IMG/VR virus record: IMGVR_UViG_3300028399_000010 | Location: 1 to 46,698 of that record | Direction: 5' to 3' (one strand) | DNA from: a virus | Taxonomy: Duplodnaviria; Caudoviricetes | DNA: 46,698 nucleotides | In this document: piece after piece, positions 19,501-28,869 of the stretch | How positions within the stretch are numbered: position 1 is the stretch's first letter | Layout of the letters: every line of letters starts with the position of its first letter | The notes under the pieces: generated by a model | Databases searched by the model: none | What the model was told of the DNA's origin: nothing | What the model saw: the letters and a program-made list of their open reading frames with translations, nothing else | Position numbers and translations under genes: made by a program

Positions 19501-20979
19501 ATCAACAATCTCAAGCCTTGTTGATGGGTTTGTAAGAGCATTGAACATCTTTTCACCTGGAGATTCTCCAGTTGCCCTAATACCACCAGAACCACCTTGG
19601 CCTTGTTTTCCATCCCTACCTTTACTATTAATATCCTTATATAAGGCTAATATATTATTTATATCACCCTTTTGTTCTAAAATATTAGTAACTACCTTAG
19701 CTACATTTTTTCGTTCGATATCACCGGCTTTTACTCTGTCCAACTCAGTCTTCAGGGAACTAATCCAATTATCAAGTTTCTTCCTTCTGCTATACTCAAC
19801 TGGAGTTCCAATAGTTGCACCTGCAAAACCAAATCCTAAGCCAGAAACTAACCCAGCATGTAAGCTCATCCTTGCTTCATCATCCCAGTACTTTGCATCT
19901 ATAACATCACCAAGATTTTTCATAGCTTCATCTGGGTAAGCACCATATTTATTTAACATTGACCAATTTACAACTTGCTCAGTCATATACTGAGTATATT
20001 CCTGCAAGCCCTCAACCAAACCTTGAGATAACGCCCCACCAGTTTTTTTACCAACAGAAGCCATAAATGCTTTAAATCCACCTGCTTTAACAACGTCCTT
20101 CGTCAAACCATTTGTAATGTTTTTTAATAAAGCCTTTTTTGAAAGATTTTTTAAACCTGTCCATTTCAAAAAATATTCAAAGCTAAGAGTTTCCTCTAAT
20201 GCTGAAAGACCGCCATATATAATAGAACCAACTGCAGCAACATTTGTAGCATCTTCTTTTGATAAGCCTTGCTCACGTGCAGTTCTATACATGTCAGCAC
20301 CATTGTTTGAACTCTCAAGTAAAAATGTACCAGCCAACACAGCAAGTGAACTACCGCCAGTTACTATTGAGGCTGCAGACATAGTTAATAAGGATGGTAA
20401 TGCACTAATAAAACTTCTTGCTGCAATATCTGAATGATACCAGTTTGCATCACCAGTAAAAAATGCAGTTGGGTCATACCAAGCTGCACCAGTCCTTCTA
20501 AACTTTACAGGTTCATCAGCATTCCACCTTATAAGAGCAGCAATTTCAGGGTCTTTTTGAAGCTCATTTAAATATTCATTCCTCCATATACTTACATTTT
20601 CTCTTAAATTTAAAGCTGATTCTCTAACCGATTTTTCAAAATCAGAAACCTTAATATTTCCAGCCTCATCAAGAACACCAACATTTGCTGGTCTCTGTGT
20701 TACAAATGCTCCAATTTGAGACAACCAATCTGGAATAGCGCTTCCAATTGTTTTAATGTTATATGTAAACTGCTTTAAATATGGAGTACCAACTGCCTTT
20801 GGGTCTTTTGATAAATACCACTTCTTCTCAAGAAGATATGGATTTCTCCTTGCGGCTATATTGAAAACTACTTCATCAGGTAATCCACTATACCTTGTTG
20901 GGTCTTCATCAAGCAACTTCTTTCTGTAAAGCCCAACAAATTTATTATAGTCATACTGGTCATTGACAGTATTTGGCAT
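13561..20979 (-). CDS. virion polyvalent protein: ejection N-terminus, GNAT, two zincin peptidases, single-chain two-barrel RNA polymerase
   Basis: DFDGD 15145-15159; VLLSKPP 15271-15291; LQMAADNPK; FDGWKIT/STNEAK; HEISH 18172-18186; HEYFH 17584-17598; QKQGIGT...FWEKQGF. Confidence 0.88.
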   Translation of the reverse strand: MPNTVNDQYDYNKFVGLYRKKLLDEDPTRYSGLPDEVVFNIAARRNPYLLEKKWYLSKDPKAVGTPYLKQFTYNIKTIGSAIPDWLSQIGAFVTQRPANVGVLDEAGNIKVSDFEKSVRESALNLRENVSIWRNEYLNELQKDPEIAALIRWNADEPVKFRRTGAAWYDPTAFFTGDANWYHSDIAARSFISALPSLLTMSAASIVTGGSSLAVLAGTFLLESSNNGADMYRTAREQGLSKEDATNVAAVGSIIYGGLSALEETLSFEYFLKWTGLKNLSKKALLKNITNGLTKDVVKAGGFKAFMASVGKKTGGALSQGLVEGLQEYTQYMTEQVVNWSMLNKYGAYPDEAMKNLGDVIDAKYWDDEARMSLHAGLVSGLGFGFAGATIGTPVEYSRRKKLDNWISSLKTELDRVKAGDIERKNVAKVVTNILEQKGDINNILALYKDINSKGRDGKQGQGGSGGIRATGESPGEKMFNALTNPSTRLEIVDNIKELEATDEEAAKKVLKDIEIAAFKKGMRNIEVNSIDDLVKIIDSYDAAEALSNVKSDPGYSDYVPEFNPYYSEETPVYEPDIELPQEELDAMEAEAVLDYDIEPDLDYVETLRQKREDVSELEFKPVQSTQEKDEIIKKQAKETYQVQIGSINAKVNVKNGKIDGAAPILKKFIGQSVEDLQKWVDLKAGKIVKIVSQEQLPEQTIEQNKITVSNISKLSNAEKAKVIIQAQSEIDELSKIDGVKIERAPTKKGYENRIGTISISSELQKQGIGTKIVNAFKRLKEAQGRKFIEVEANPGSEGFWEKQGFVKYGDRSITINGKKTKISLMRFEFKPAEQVAKLTDALKETAYEAGLKYKNITKESTIGTVLKDINTPIASYLNNVLNDYTKSTKVYFADKVIVNGKEMAGSYVYGLDHGVFLNNNVSQKKQVETFLHEISHIITEGAFSNATPTNKELAFRHKISSLRITAMKNIKKNYYYFKSDNEFVAGAITNSSFLDELSKVNDEDGKNISESVLLAVKNLVTTTSKSLKGEGKQTSVEQKTKEARNVIGDISNLDVNFQIEGQSKQPLISEEPELAVKIETRLKEQYPFVNTEKVRGVIETDGVESVGVAIGNTVKWSTTDGRVDTAPHEYFHVIANSISDQSIVKMAVERFGSMEKLTQYVGEYYANRIQDKKAKNWLSQWLKQFWLKVKTLFGDKDAATQVLAENFFKGKYSKLETKISTTNDVEIVYQRTEQVTNDDGIEEDGLGVENTADGTVYLDNYFSNIFNSYVTPTQHSELVNIAKKNTNYDSFKAEYIDYINKNFPNAKYLENSTQFVNKTKEFFVKQRYKIPVAKKIGNEGRLYLNLVFDAIGWNKVVNPRLSVNDGTELATGRKLPDTKSTNFIEDRGFTNVIYLLAKDIVKYNKKRDFYRKASIEFSSAFIKKLDRMFLDSYDGNNSLLFFLGSTGKAGDSKLIISGVPKDVLNMTKDEIVQNLKSEIGKTITEEHYKNFINDGEVIESYNPKVWNQIYGKHQVMKKIKGLDYLMREKSVQDTFNRLRISLTEGFVPIGSGPEFIMLINADDVIVKVRDKNVSYEVGEYNLFDGWKITGSKRMFDIQEAIGRTPETDDGTELSVIKTAQEYLSDDLKDYIGVKMLDMTPLLGMEFYKKGENTPFARVAEYEDGRTYFQHLDKNGKVIGEFDSLISTNEAKQVSGKFTDFYKIHMLPENATKVIITPGEKAKTNPSHPLAWWEQVWSPKINQDLFKTAKRAVMKHINIVTKKYMDKILEANDLPSVLRDLIYREPVEGKLPTELQYITGLVKDGEGLINRQYLVQILPYLANSFIIDGMFKLRNPGNGTKLYLKPMVDISLKPKEFAVSIDNVAAVNAVLKKMGLNRNSDWNIDSLNNWLKYNNFEVLLSKPPIEKASAVGVYKLKGFVERGHGDVIFLHNDDVKGPLQADFDGDSANIEIFSDKGFANAIKALINSDEFRSRDRSSSGDLDIYPDVMEGTSSSSRDDVARIMANNARSDGALAQIIIAKMVSNKLFMKDFSVVIDGKKYTVRDPNEIVSIPLRLDKKGLTEEKFNKFNVEGDFIIRGDGSKIETYQDFLNEDEAYLATTFENSLSIYLQMAADNPKHGFLGAIGYNKTFILRKMFKVDGENIEGFDKPTAIALSAIVSTFNDSNFKNGRMDGRQMTFQEIFHKSYELNNLLSLPAKEQGKMIRDIIIRKYPYLNSSIEEISVNGKVGVTEHLLKQPAVQMERYNKRLDAELDKYYSKIKKDEAGNIIESEEHKKLRTRAIIKNIIRSKIVPLIIAESKFERNAHYNVIDKIVKNMSRDGIIIGDANIDGFTKEEVRNAYNFANKVGNEFYKIYSNETQFIKDEDNKYVTYEYNESFQKFVEKYYDEFKSMSKNERSLASLFFLTGIKREGERFRIKNVGRILPFQLMDGGVLKGYLKLWHNELTQNMNEIKPSEHVANVSKLFENLKESCK

Positions 20980-20981
20980 AC

Positions 20982-22385
20982 TTACCTTACTCTAAGTCCC
21001 ATTATATTACTGACAGGAACGTTAAGTGTGTCATTGTAAAGACTCAATGTATCACTATTTGATTTTGTTGAAGTTGGTTGTTTCTCAACTTGAGATAGTG
21101 TTCCAGATGTAGTTTCAATCTCACCAAACTCACCAAGCCTATTCTTTAAGGTTTTATCCAGCTTTCTATATAAGTCTATAGCATCAATAAATGCTTTGTA
21201 CCTATTCTTTTCTTGGTCATCAGAAATAAACTCAAAAGTCTTTTCCATATCAAGCTTACTCACCTTGTCTGAATTTTCAGCCCACATATCAGCAAACTTT
21301 ATTAAAGCATCATTAAGTGAATATGCCTTAACATTACCATCCTCATCATAAACAGTCTTGGTTCTTCCAGTCTTTTCAGCTTCTTCAATAATATCTGCAA
21401 ATTTCTTTAACTCTGATGGAATTGAGAAATCATGTCTATCTTTCTGTATTCTATACATTGTATAAGCAGTCTGTTTCATGACTTCCTTGATATTATCAAC
21501 AGTTCCAGTATCACCTCTCAAAACCTTAGCGGATACTCTTGGAATCTTACTGCTGTAACCACCCAAATCCATAGTATTATTAAGTTTAGTAACTAAATTA
21601 CTTATTACTTCATTTTCAGACTTAGTCTCAATTTTCTTTTCAGCAGCAATAGCTTTGTCAATACGTCTTGACTCAGCTTTTTCATTTAAAACATCCTGCG
21701 CTTTTATACTTGGTATTCCTTCTATAATTCCTAATGCCCTCCTGACATCAATATCAGCAACATCAGATGCTTCCTTATACAAAGTCTTCTCAATTGGGCC
21801 AATATTCCTACCAAATTGAACACCTGGCTTATTTTTATCAACATCTTTCTGTGAAATTCTACCAAGAACAAATAACTCATCAAGAGTTTTTCCAACCATT
21901 TGACCTGCCCTTGCTAACATTTGCTGGTCATATATTCCAGATTCATCATATTCCTTCTGAAACCTTTTTAATGTATTCTGTATAACATCATAAGATTCTT
22001 TAAAATCCCCACCCTTTGAAGCTACAGCCTTAACAGTATTCTCTAACTCATTCATTGATTGTTCAAGTCTTTTCCTGTTTTCAAGCCTTTGACTTAAAAC
22101 TGACCTTGTAACATCAATAAGTGGTTTTACATATTCTGAACCCTCAGAACTCATACTATCAAATGCTTTCATCATCTCATTCATATCTGAAGATGATGTT
22201 GAGCTATTGAAAAATCTCTGTGATAAATTGTCAAGTGCACGAGCAACATACATATCTTGAACTCTAAGATTTTGCTGTCTATATTGCTGTGCTTGCTCAA
22301 TAATTGAACTTGCAGTCCTTGATAAACTATCAAGTGCTCTTGTTACTGGGTCTTGTTCTATTTGTATTGTTCTTGGAAGTGCCAT
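20982..22385 (-). CDS. internal virion/ejection protein, 467 aa
   Basis: Between pilot-type genes and the giant cargo gene; helical, no Cys. Confidence 0.65.
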   Translation of the reverse strand: MALPRTIQIEQDPVTRALDSLSRTASSIIEQAQQYRQQNLRVQDMYVARALDNLSQRFFNSSTSSSDMNEMMKAFDSMSSEGSEYVKPLIDVTRSVLSQRLENRKRLEQSMNELENTVKAVASKGGDFKESYDVIQNTLKRFQKEYDESGIYDQQMLARAGQMVGKTLDELFVLGRISQKDVDKNKPGVQFGRNIGPIEKTLYKEASDVADIDVRRALGIIEGIPSIKAQDVLNEKAESRRIDKAIAAEKKIETKSENEVISNLVTKLNNTMDLGGYSSKIPRVSAKVLRGDTGTVDNIKEVMKQTAYTMYRIQKDRHDFSIPSELKKFADIIEEAEKTGRTKTVYDEDGNVKAYSLNDALIKFADMWAENSDKVSKLDMEKTFEFISDDQEKNRYKAFIDAIDLYRKLDKTLKNRLGEFGEIETTSGTLSQVEKQPTSTKSNSDTLSLYNDTLNVPVSNIMGLRVR

Positions 22386-23134
22386 TATGAATTATACACC
22401 CATTGATTTTGTTCTAAGCTCCAAACCCATGATGTTCCATTTGAGTCAGTAAAAGTTTGACCAGGGTATGGATTGGATGGAAATTGAGTTCCACCTTGTT
22501 CTGCTTCTCCTTGCTGTGGAATACCACTACCACCCACACCAGCACCAACTCCAGAACCAACGTTGGTACCACCACCCATACCTGTCATGCCGCCATCACC
22601 TTCTATACCTCCACCCATACCAGCTATGCCAAGAGCAGTGATCCCAAAGTTAGTATCGAAATTGATTTTATTATAAGCATCTGGTGTAAACGCACCCATA
22701 TTTGAAAGGTTTGCTAAAGCAGAATAAACATCCCTTTCATAATCTTTTCTTACTCCATAAATATCAGATTTTAAACCAGTTCTCAATGAAGACAATGCTG
22801 ATTCATAACCACTGAGTAATGATTTTCTTCCTTCGCTAACTTCACTATTTATCGCACCAGAACCAGCAAATCCAGATTTTGCCGCACTTAGCTCACCTCT
22901 CCTCATTAATGATGAAAGTGATGTTCCAGCTTGAAGCCTTTGCTCACCAAGTTGATTCTGATATTGCTCAGTTCTAAGATTTTCTGAAGTTGGGTCATAA
23001 GTTTGAATGTACATACCATATTGTTTTTCAAACTTATCTTGACTGAACCCACTGACACCACTACCAAATATAGCGCCAATTTGGCCTGGTGTCATTCCTA
23101 TTAATTTATCTATACTTGGTCTATCTGTAGGCAT
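22385..23134 (-). CDS. Gly-rich ejection (pilot-type) protein
   Basis: SGFAGSG helical region, Gly-rich linker, no Cys. Confidence 0.65.
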   Translation of the reverse strand: MPTDRPSIDKLIGMTPGQIGAIFGSGVSGFSQDKFEKQYGMYIQTYDPTSENLRTEQYQNQLGEQRLQAGTSLSSLMRRGELSAAKSGFAGSGAINSEVSEGRKSLLSGYESALSSLRTGLKSDIYGVRKDYERDVYSALANLSNMGAFTPDAYNKINFDTNFGITALGIAGMGGGIEGDGGMTGMGGGTNVGSGVGAGVGGSGIPQQGEAEQGGTQFPSNPYPGQTFTDSNGTSWVWSLEQNQWVYNS

Positions 23135-23809
23135 TTATAATCCCTTTAACTTAAAAAGATTAGTTTCAAGACTATTATAAACCGGTTCACCAAGTGAAAA
23201 TGTTTTACCAATTCTAAGGTTTTCAGAAGTTGGAACAGCAGTACCAAGAACCTTCGATGAAGTAAACCCGCTATTTTCTGCTGAGAATGGCTTATTACTC
23301 AAATACTTAAAATAATCACTAACCTTGCCACCACTGTTAACAAAGTTTACAAGCCCACCTTTGCCACCATCCCACTTTGTCCAATAATCTTTATTTAGAA
23401 TAGCTCCAAAACCCTCCTTATCACCCAAAGCTCTCATTCCACCACTTGCTCCAAATGCCTGTAAACCAGTTTCAGCAATACCAAGAACATTTCCAACATT
23501 AACAGACCTGTCATAATTTTCTAACTGCCTATTTAAATCCTTCGCAATATCCATATTAAATTTACCATTGCCAACTTTTTTATTTTCACTTTTCATTAAA
23601 AAGTCAGCACCAATACTTAAAGCGTCACCAAGAAACATTCCTGCAGGCCCAAATAATGTTCCACCAATAACTTTGCCGACACCCTTTAAAAGAGATTTAA
23701 TCTTTTCTTCATTTTTTCTTGCTTTTTTAGCACTTTCCAACTGTTTAGTTTTAACATAATCATCATACCTAACATCTCTTATAAGTAGTGCGTTTTCAAA
23801 TGCTCCCAT
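23135..23809 (-). CDS. ejection protein with Gly-zipper hydrophobic segment
   Basis: GVGKVIGGTLFGPAGMFLG; AGGTGA SD; position like podoviral DNA-injection genes. Confidence 0.65.
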   Translation of the reverse strand: MGAFENALLIRDVRYDDYVKTKQLESAKKARKNEEKIKSLLKGVGKVIGGTLFGPAGMFLGDALSIGADFLMKSENKKVGNGKFNMDIAKDLNRQLENYDRSVNVGNVLGIAETGLQAFGASGGMRALGDKEGFGAILNKDYWTKWDGGKGGLVNFVNSGGKVSDYFKYLSNKPFSAENSGFTSSKVLGTAVPTSENLRIGKTFSLGEPVYNSLETNLFKLKGL

Positions 23810-23821
23810 TGTCTTGTCACC

Positions 23822-24517
23822 TTATCCTAATAAATATCCTGAAAAAAATGTATGTAAATTAGTCGCATTACCCAAAATATCAGTTTGCTGTGTCCCACTA
23901 CTCTGGTAAATGTACACTACAGCAGTATCACCTGATTCCATATCAGCAACACAGCATACATGCAGTGAAGTTGGTATGCCAGAACCTGTATCTGCTGAAA
24001 AATTAGGGTCAATACTTGACCAATATGTTCTATTAGATGTTGCAATCTTAAGGCTGTAATAACTTGCTCCAGTATCAATACTTAATAAAGCAACTGTAGT
24101 CTGTAAAAAATACTTACCAGTTACAGGTGCTGTAAAAGTACTTGAACTGAAATTACTTCCAATGTCAAAAACCTCTGTGTCAAAATCAACTGTTACATTT
24201 GTGTTTATTGCGATATTGGTATCACTTGCAGAATTGTAAGCAAGGAATGTTGGTTGTTGTTTTTCTGTTCTTTGCTTTCCAATTTTGACACTCTTTAAAA
24301 CATTAAGATTTTTCTCAACTGTACTATTACCATCACCAGTAGCTTCAAACCAATAGAGTTTGCCATTAATTTTAACATACTGCCTGAGTTTCCTGGATGG
24401 AGACATAACATAACGAATGTCACCTTCAGCCATTCCAGTAACAGATGGGTATAACCTTGAAACACTTTTCCTGTTACCCTTTGAGTTCATCATTACTCTT
24501 GATTTTCTATCTTCCAC
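23822..24517 (-). CDS. C1q/TNF-like domain tail spike or needle protein
   Basis: FLAY...VDFDTEVFDIGSNF...FTAPVTGKYF...MESGD...TFFSGYLL; GTG start overlapping upstream TAG. Confidence 0.85.
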   Translation of the reverse strand: MEDRKSRVMMNSKGNRKSVSRLYPSVTGMAEGDIRYVMSPSRKLRQYVKINGKLYWFEATGDGNSTVEKNLNVLKSVKIGKQRTEKQQPTFLAYNSASDTNIAINTNVTVDFDTEVFDIGSNFSSSTFTAPVTGKYFLQTTVALLSIDTGASYYSLKIATSNRTYWSSIDPNFSADTGSGIPTSLHVCCVADMESGDTAVVYIYQSSGTQQTDILGNATNLHTFFSGYLLG

Positions 24518-26874
24518 TATGAAACTCTTTTATATATTTCTCTGTATTCAATCGTAATATCATTAATAGAAATTTGTCCAGAATTAGTTGGGTTTGTAAT
24601 TTCTATTGATAAACTCTGACATTCAAATGGCGTAACTGTAGCATTTAAAATATCCCATGCCCCAGCAGTGTTAATAAAGTTACCAGTAAACGCACTTGAA
24701 AACGACGTTCCGCCATCTGTGGCATATTTAATTGGGTCTGTCTGTGCCGCTGTTGACTGGTACGTAACCATTACTCTATATATCTTTTTAATTCTGCCGG
24801 GTGCACCAAAATCAATATCTTTAAATGCCGCGATAATCTTATTAGCAGATTGCGACTGGTCGTCATTATTCCAGTAACTAACAACAACATTTGTAGCTGA
24901 CTCTTCGCCAATAATTAAATCACCATTATGGTCAACTGCAAAGTTTGTCTTAATAGATGCTGAAAATCGAGAATCACCAAACACCCATGATTTAGTCTTG
25001 AAATCATATAAATATATATCGCCAGTTGTAGCACTTGTGTTATCAAGTACTATTAGTTGCTTATCCTTTGGCTGGAATCCTATTATTGAACCACTATTAA
25101 TAAAATCATCCCATGATTTCGGGTCAGAACTTTTATCATCTTCTCTTATTTTACCAGAAATTAAATTAGTTATCTTTGTACCATCATAGAAATAGCAACC
25201 ATACTTATTAACCCATGCTATACCAAACTCAGTTTTTACTACAGAAGCAGGTAAGTCAACACCCATAAAATGATGTTGTGATTCCAAAAACCAATCAGTT
25301 GGACTTGGTGATGCTATATTAATAATATGTAGTGTTTTATGCTTAAATGCAAATAGCCTATCTGCAAATGATGTAATTGCAGTATACTCCTCAGCATCAC
25401 CCTTTGTAACATCTATAAAATTTGTGGCTGGAAAAGTATCAAACTTATTAACCTCACTATACATAATTCTATCGCCGTAGACAGTAATAGAAGTTCCAAC
25501 TTCATTAATTCTCATATTTGCAATAAATGCACGACGGCCAGCTACAGTAGCACATTTATACCCAGCACCAGTTTCTCCAATAGAATTGAAGACTATATCA
25601 TGAGGATAACCATTAATAGTTTCAAACGTATCAAGATTTGGGCCTACAGAATCAAGATTCTGAACATTAAATTGTCCTGAACCAGCATCGGTCCATGTAG
25701 TATAAGTGGAATCCAGACTTACCCTAACACCATCTGTCAAATTAATATCAGCAAATAAAATCCACGGGTCGTCAGACTGATATTCTCTTATGTATATTCT
25801 CCCGCCACTCACCCGCTCATTATAAGACTTTTTTGCGGCAACCGCAATAGTCATTTTTCTTCCATCGTTACCAGCAGAATTATCAAATGTTGAGGACATT
25901 ACCTTTAGTAGCGATTCCTGATTTCCATCATAAATAAATGTTTCTGCAAATTCCCAAATTTTAGCATCCCAGTCACCATCATCAGATGATTCGGCTGGGT
26001 AAATATTAAAACCATCGCCACTTAACCCCGTATAATCCACAGAGTTCTTATAATCCCCAGCGGTTGGCGGTGATAACTTATTATCATTTTCATAAAAACC
26101 AAGAAAAACATCCGATGAAGTTGTTGAATCTCCATTCGCATCAGCGAAATGAACTCTCTCAACAAAGCCATACCACTTAACATCTGAAGTATTATCCCAG
26201 TTAGAATCAGATGCTCTTAAAGCACCGTCAACAAAATAAAATACTGGACTTATTGCACTTGTAAGATTGACTCCAGATGCAAGTATAATCTCAGCCGTAC
26301 TCCAAGAATCAGTGCTTTGTGTCCAAATATCAATATTTCCATTATCAGCATCTGCTAAAGCTATATATTTTTCTCCGACCGAATGTTTCTTCACTGTAAC
26401 AGTTGCACCGGCAGCTTCAGTTGTTAAGTTTCTATCAACAACAATTCCCCACCACCCAACACTGGAATCCTTGTATAGAACCTCATACAATCCATCATTA
26501 CTCGTTGACCCTGAGACTTTTATAACATCCCCGGCTCCAAAATTGGTATACAAATCATCAGCGGGATCGCTCTGGTATATAACATTTGAACCAGCGCCAT
26601 TATTAAACTGTATGTCAGTTTTTGTAACAGTTGTACTTGGGCCTTTATCCCCCTCAAAGTAAAACAAACCATAACCAGCAGATGCTGTTGAAGCATGACT
26701 GGATAAACCTGCATCAGAATGAGTAGTTTTAGCACCCATAGTTCTTATCATACCCATTCTATCGAGCATAATATTCTGTGCAATTCTCAATTCGCTGAAC
26801 TTAATATCACGAGGGTCTTTTACAATATTCAAACCATCCTGAAAATTATTTAGTACCAGCAATTTTTTCGGCAT
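24517..26874 (-). CDS. tail nozzle/stabilisation protein (P22 gp10 / T7 gp12-like beta-propeller)
   Basis: NNFQDGLN...DPRDI, GDRIMYS..NKFD, ITSFADRLFAFK, YFYDG, KDIDFG.P...KKIYRV; start reassigned to ATG 26874. Confidence 0.8.
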   Translation of the reverse strand: MPKKLLVLNNFQDGLNIVKDPRDIKFSELRIAQNIMLDRMGMIRTMGAKTTHSDAGLSSHASTASAGYGLFYFEGDKGPSTTVTKTDIQFNNGAGSNVIYQSDPADDLYTNFGAGDVIKVSGSTSNDGLYEVLYKDSSVGWWGIVVDRNLTTEAAGATVTVKKHSVGEKYIALADADNGNIDIWTQSTDSWSTAEIILASGVNLTSAISPVFYFVDGALRASDSNWDNTSDVKWYGFVERVHFADANGDSTTSSDVFLGFYENDNKLSPPTAGDYKNSVDYTGLSGDGFNIYPAESSDDGDWDAKIWEFAETFIYDGNQESLLKVMSSTFDNSAGNDGRKMTIAVAAKKSYNERVSGGRIYIREYQSDDPWILFADINLTDGVRVSLDSTYTTWTDAGSGQFNVQNLDSVGPNLDTFETINGYPHDIVFNSIGETGAGYKCATVAGRRAFIANMRINEVGTSITVYGDRIMYSEVNKFDTFPATNFIDVTKGDAEEYTAITSFADRLFAFKHKTLHIINIASPSPTDWFLESQHHFMGVDLPASVVKTEFGIAWVNKYGCYFYDGTKITNLISGKIREDDKSSDPKSWDDFINSGSIIGFQPKDKQLIVLDNTSATTGDIYLYDFKTKSWVFGDSRFSASIKTNFAVDHNGDLIIGEESATNVVVSYWNNDDQSQSANKIIAAFKDIDFGAPGRIKKIYRVMVTYQSTAAQTDPIKYATDGGTSFSSAFTGNFINTAGAWDILNATVTPFECQSLSIEITNPTNSGQISINDITIEYREIYKRVS

Positions 26875-26878
26875 ATTA

Positions 26879-27217
26879 CTATCCTGCACCCTCACAAGAA
26901 GCAACAATTTCACTAAGCTCTTTAGCTCTATTAGGCGTTTGAACAGCCCAACGAGAATCAAGCATCTCTTTAGAAGCCTTTTCAAATTGCTTTTCCTTCA
27001 AATAAGATATTGTCTTCTTAAACCTGGAAAATCCACTAACACCAAGCTGGTAACACATTTCTATCACAACATCTCTAACTTTGTTTGGCATAAAGTCTTG
27101 GCGTATCGTTGTAGCTGCGGCAATCATGGATTGTATTACCTCATCATAGGTCGTATCAGTTTTATTGATGTAATCCTTGAATAAATCCAACGATGACAAT
27201 AAATAAATCGAACGCAT
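26879..27217 (-). pseudogene. chimeric remnant: head-tail-connector-like N-terminus fused to the C-terminal lobe of a T4-like (GH24) lysozyme
   Basis: EMCYQLGVSGFSRFKKT...EMLDSRWAVQTPNRA is the lysozyme C-lobe; catalytic E-x8-D-x5-T N-lobe absent. Confidence 0.7.
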
Positions 27218-27507
27218 TATTTATCCTTCAACAAATAATTTTTAATGTCCTTAATGTCAATGGATATATCTTCTAACTGTTTTTCAATGGCAGCAATTTT
27301 GGCAGATTGCACTGCAACATCCTTATCAATTGATGTAACCCTTTCATTTACCACACTGATCAACTCTGAATTTTTTATAGTGTCCTGTTTGTTGGATTCT
27401 ACGCCCGAAAGGGTTGTGGAATAAAAAATTCCAACCACAAATACAAATCCAACCAATGTGATAATGACCCGAATCCAACCGATTTCCAAGTGTTGTTTTA
27501 GTCTCAT
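27217..27507 (-). CDS. single-TM coiled-coil lysis-cassette protein (holin-like)
   Basis: One TM helix plus coiled coil, beside endolysin. Confidence 0.65.
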   Translation of the reverse strand: MRLKQHLEIGWIRVIITLVGFVFVVGIFYSTTLSGVESNKQDTIKNSELISVVNERVTSIDKDVAVQSAKIAAIEKQLEDISIDIKDIKNYLLKDK

Positions 27508-27890
27508 CCCTCACTTTCTCCCAATGAATAATGGTTACCATCCTTGAATCTTCCACCCCATGTACCTTTTATAGATTCCCAATATTTGCCAAATATTAAA
27601 TGATCGTTGGTTTTCCTTAAATACTTCCCATCTTTAAATAAATTGTTGTCTGCTGCTAATCGTTTATAGTGGAATGAATTTTTAATATGTCTGCCATCTT
27701 CAGGATTCGCCCAAACATCTCCTATCCTAACTTGATAACCTGACATGTATATTCTAATTAGTAACAGCCCATACATTATTGCGAATCGCTCTTGCTGTTG
27801 CCCCAGTTTTTTCGGAATAGGTTCTCTTTTTAGACGTTCTTCCTGGGCTACCACCCACAGCCCTATTTTCAATGCACGCAATAGTTTCAT
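27504..27890 (-). CDS. endolysin, M15-family peptidase
   Basis: SFHYKRLAAD (SxH-x6-D), WGGRF, DGNHYS. Confidence 0.9.
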   Translation of the reverse strand: MKLLRALKIGLWVVAQEERLKREPIPKKLGQQQERFAIMYGLLLIRIYMSGYQVRIGDVWANPEDGRHIKNSFHYKRLAADNNLFKDGKYLRKTNDHLIFGKYWESIKGTWGGRFKDGNHYSLGESEG

Positions 27891-28282
27891 TTATATGAGG
27901 GATTGTCTGATTTCAAGCCTACAACTACGTTAGCGAAAAATCCTTTTACAAGTCTGAGTATAAAACTATCAACCACTAAATCCAGAAAAATAATCACGTA
28001 CGGCTCGATTGTCTTATTCCAAAACGGCTTGGTGTATTTCCACTTTGCCAGTCCTAACGTAACAAACACACCAACGGCCTTACCTGATTTTGCAAGATAA
28101 TCCGCTGTTTTTTCCAGCCATTTTTTAAACTTGGTCTTATTTTCCTTAGTAATATATTTCTTCAGGATAAAAGCTAATATCCCACCGGCTCCGGGGATAC
28201 CAAACAACGCTAATATCCATTCAAAATTCCGGCCGATAAAATCAACCAACGCTATTGGAAAGTATTGTGCGATGAATTCCAT
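27887..28282 (-). CDS. holin-like membrane protein
   Basis: Multiple hydrophobic segments directly upstream of endolysin; GGAGG SD. Confidence 0.6.
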   Translation of the reverse strand: MEFIAQYFPIALVDFIGRNFEWILALFGIPGAGGILAFILKKYITKENKTKFKKWLEKTADYLAKSGKAVGVFVTLGLAKWKYTKPFWNKTIEPYVIIFLDLVVDSFILRLVKGFFANVVVGLKSDNPSYK

Positions 28283-28283
28283 C

Positions 28284-28616
28284 TCATCCTCCCAGTTTTT
28301 TTAATTGTTTGATAACATAGTCTCTCTGTGCTGAATATATCCTTGTACGGGCATTTTCAATCAAGTAAGTAACTCCGGAAGTATCACCAGTTAAAGATGC
28401 TTTTATTTTGTCGATAGTATCTTGCCGAGGAATCTCCCAGAAATACGTATCAGCATTCGCTATTAATTCATCCACAATCTTTTGTTTGTTAATATTTACC
28501 ACTTTATCGAGCCCGTATTTCACAACAATTCTTTCAACAATGGTTGTTGAATCCACGTTTGTTGTGTCTTGTCCAAACAAAAAACTTAATAAGATGAACA
28601 AAAATACTTTTCTCAT
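28284..28616 (-). CDS. signal-peptide-bearing hypothetical protein
   Basis: MRKVFLFILLSFLFG-Q; AAGGAG SD. Confidence 0.7.
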   Translation of the reverse strand: MRKVFLFILLSFLFGQDTTNVDSTTIVERIVVKYGLDKVVNINKQKIVDELIANADTYFWEIPRQDTIDKIKASLTGDTSGVTYLIENARTRIYSAQRDYVIKQLKKLGG

Positions 28617-28869
28617 TAATATCTCCTTTCAATTTTTAGTTCAAATCCGTTTTTACCAATTCTTTTAATATCCCAAAATAGCTCCTCTTTCATCCAGTAA
28701 ATTGAAATAGCATTCTCTACTATCAGGTCAAATAGATTGTTTTCCAGTGCATAGCCACCATAAGCCTGATTGTATTTCTCCCAATCAAAGTCATATTCTG
28801 CAAATTCTGCAATTGTACAGGTTGTGCTCCCAAAAAACTAATTAACAGTATTAATGCTAATTTTCTCAT
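28616..28869 (-). pseudogene. signal-peptide gene interrupted by a -1 frameshift
   Basis: ATG 28869 (MRKLALILLISFLG) overlaps upstream stop; -1 frame (TIAEFAEYDFDWEKY...KIERRY*) ends TAATG on the next start; 254 nt. Confidence 0.55.
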
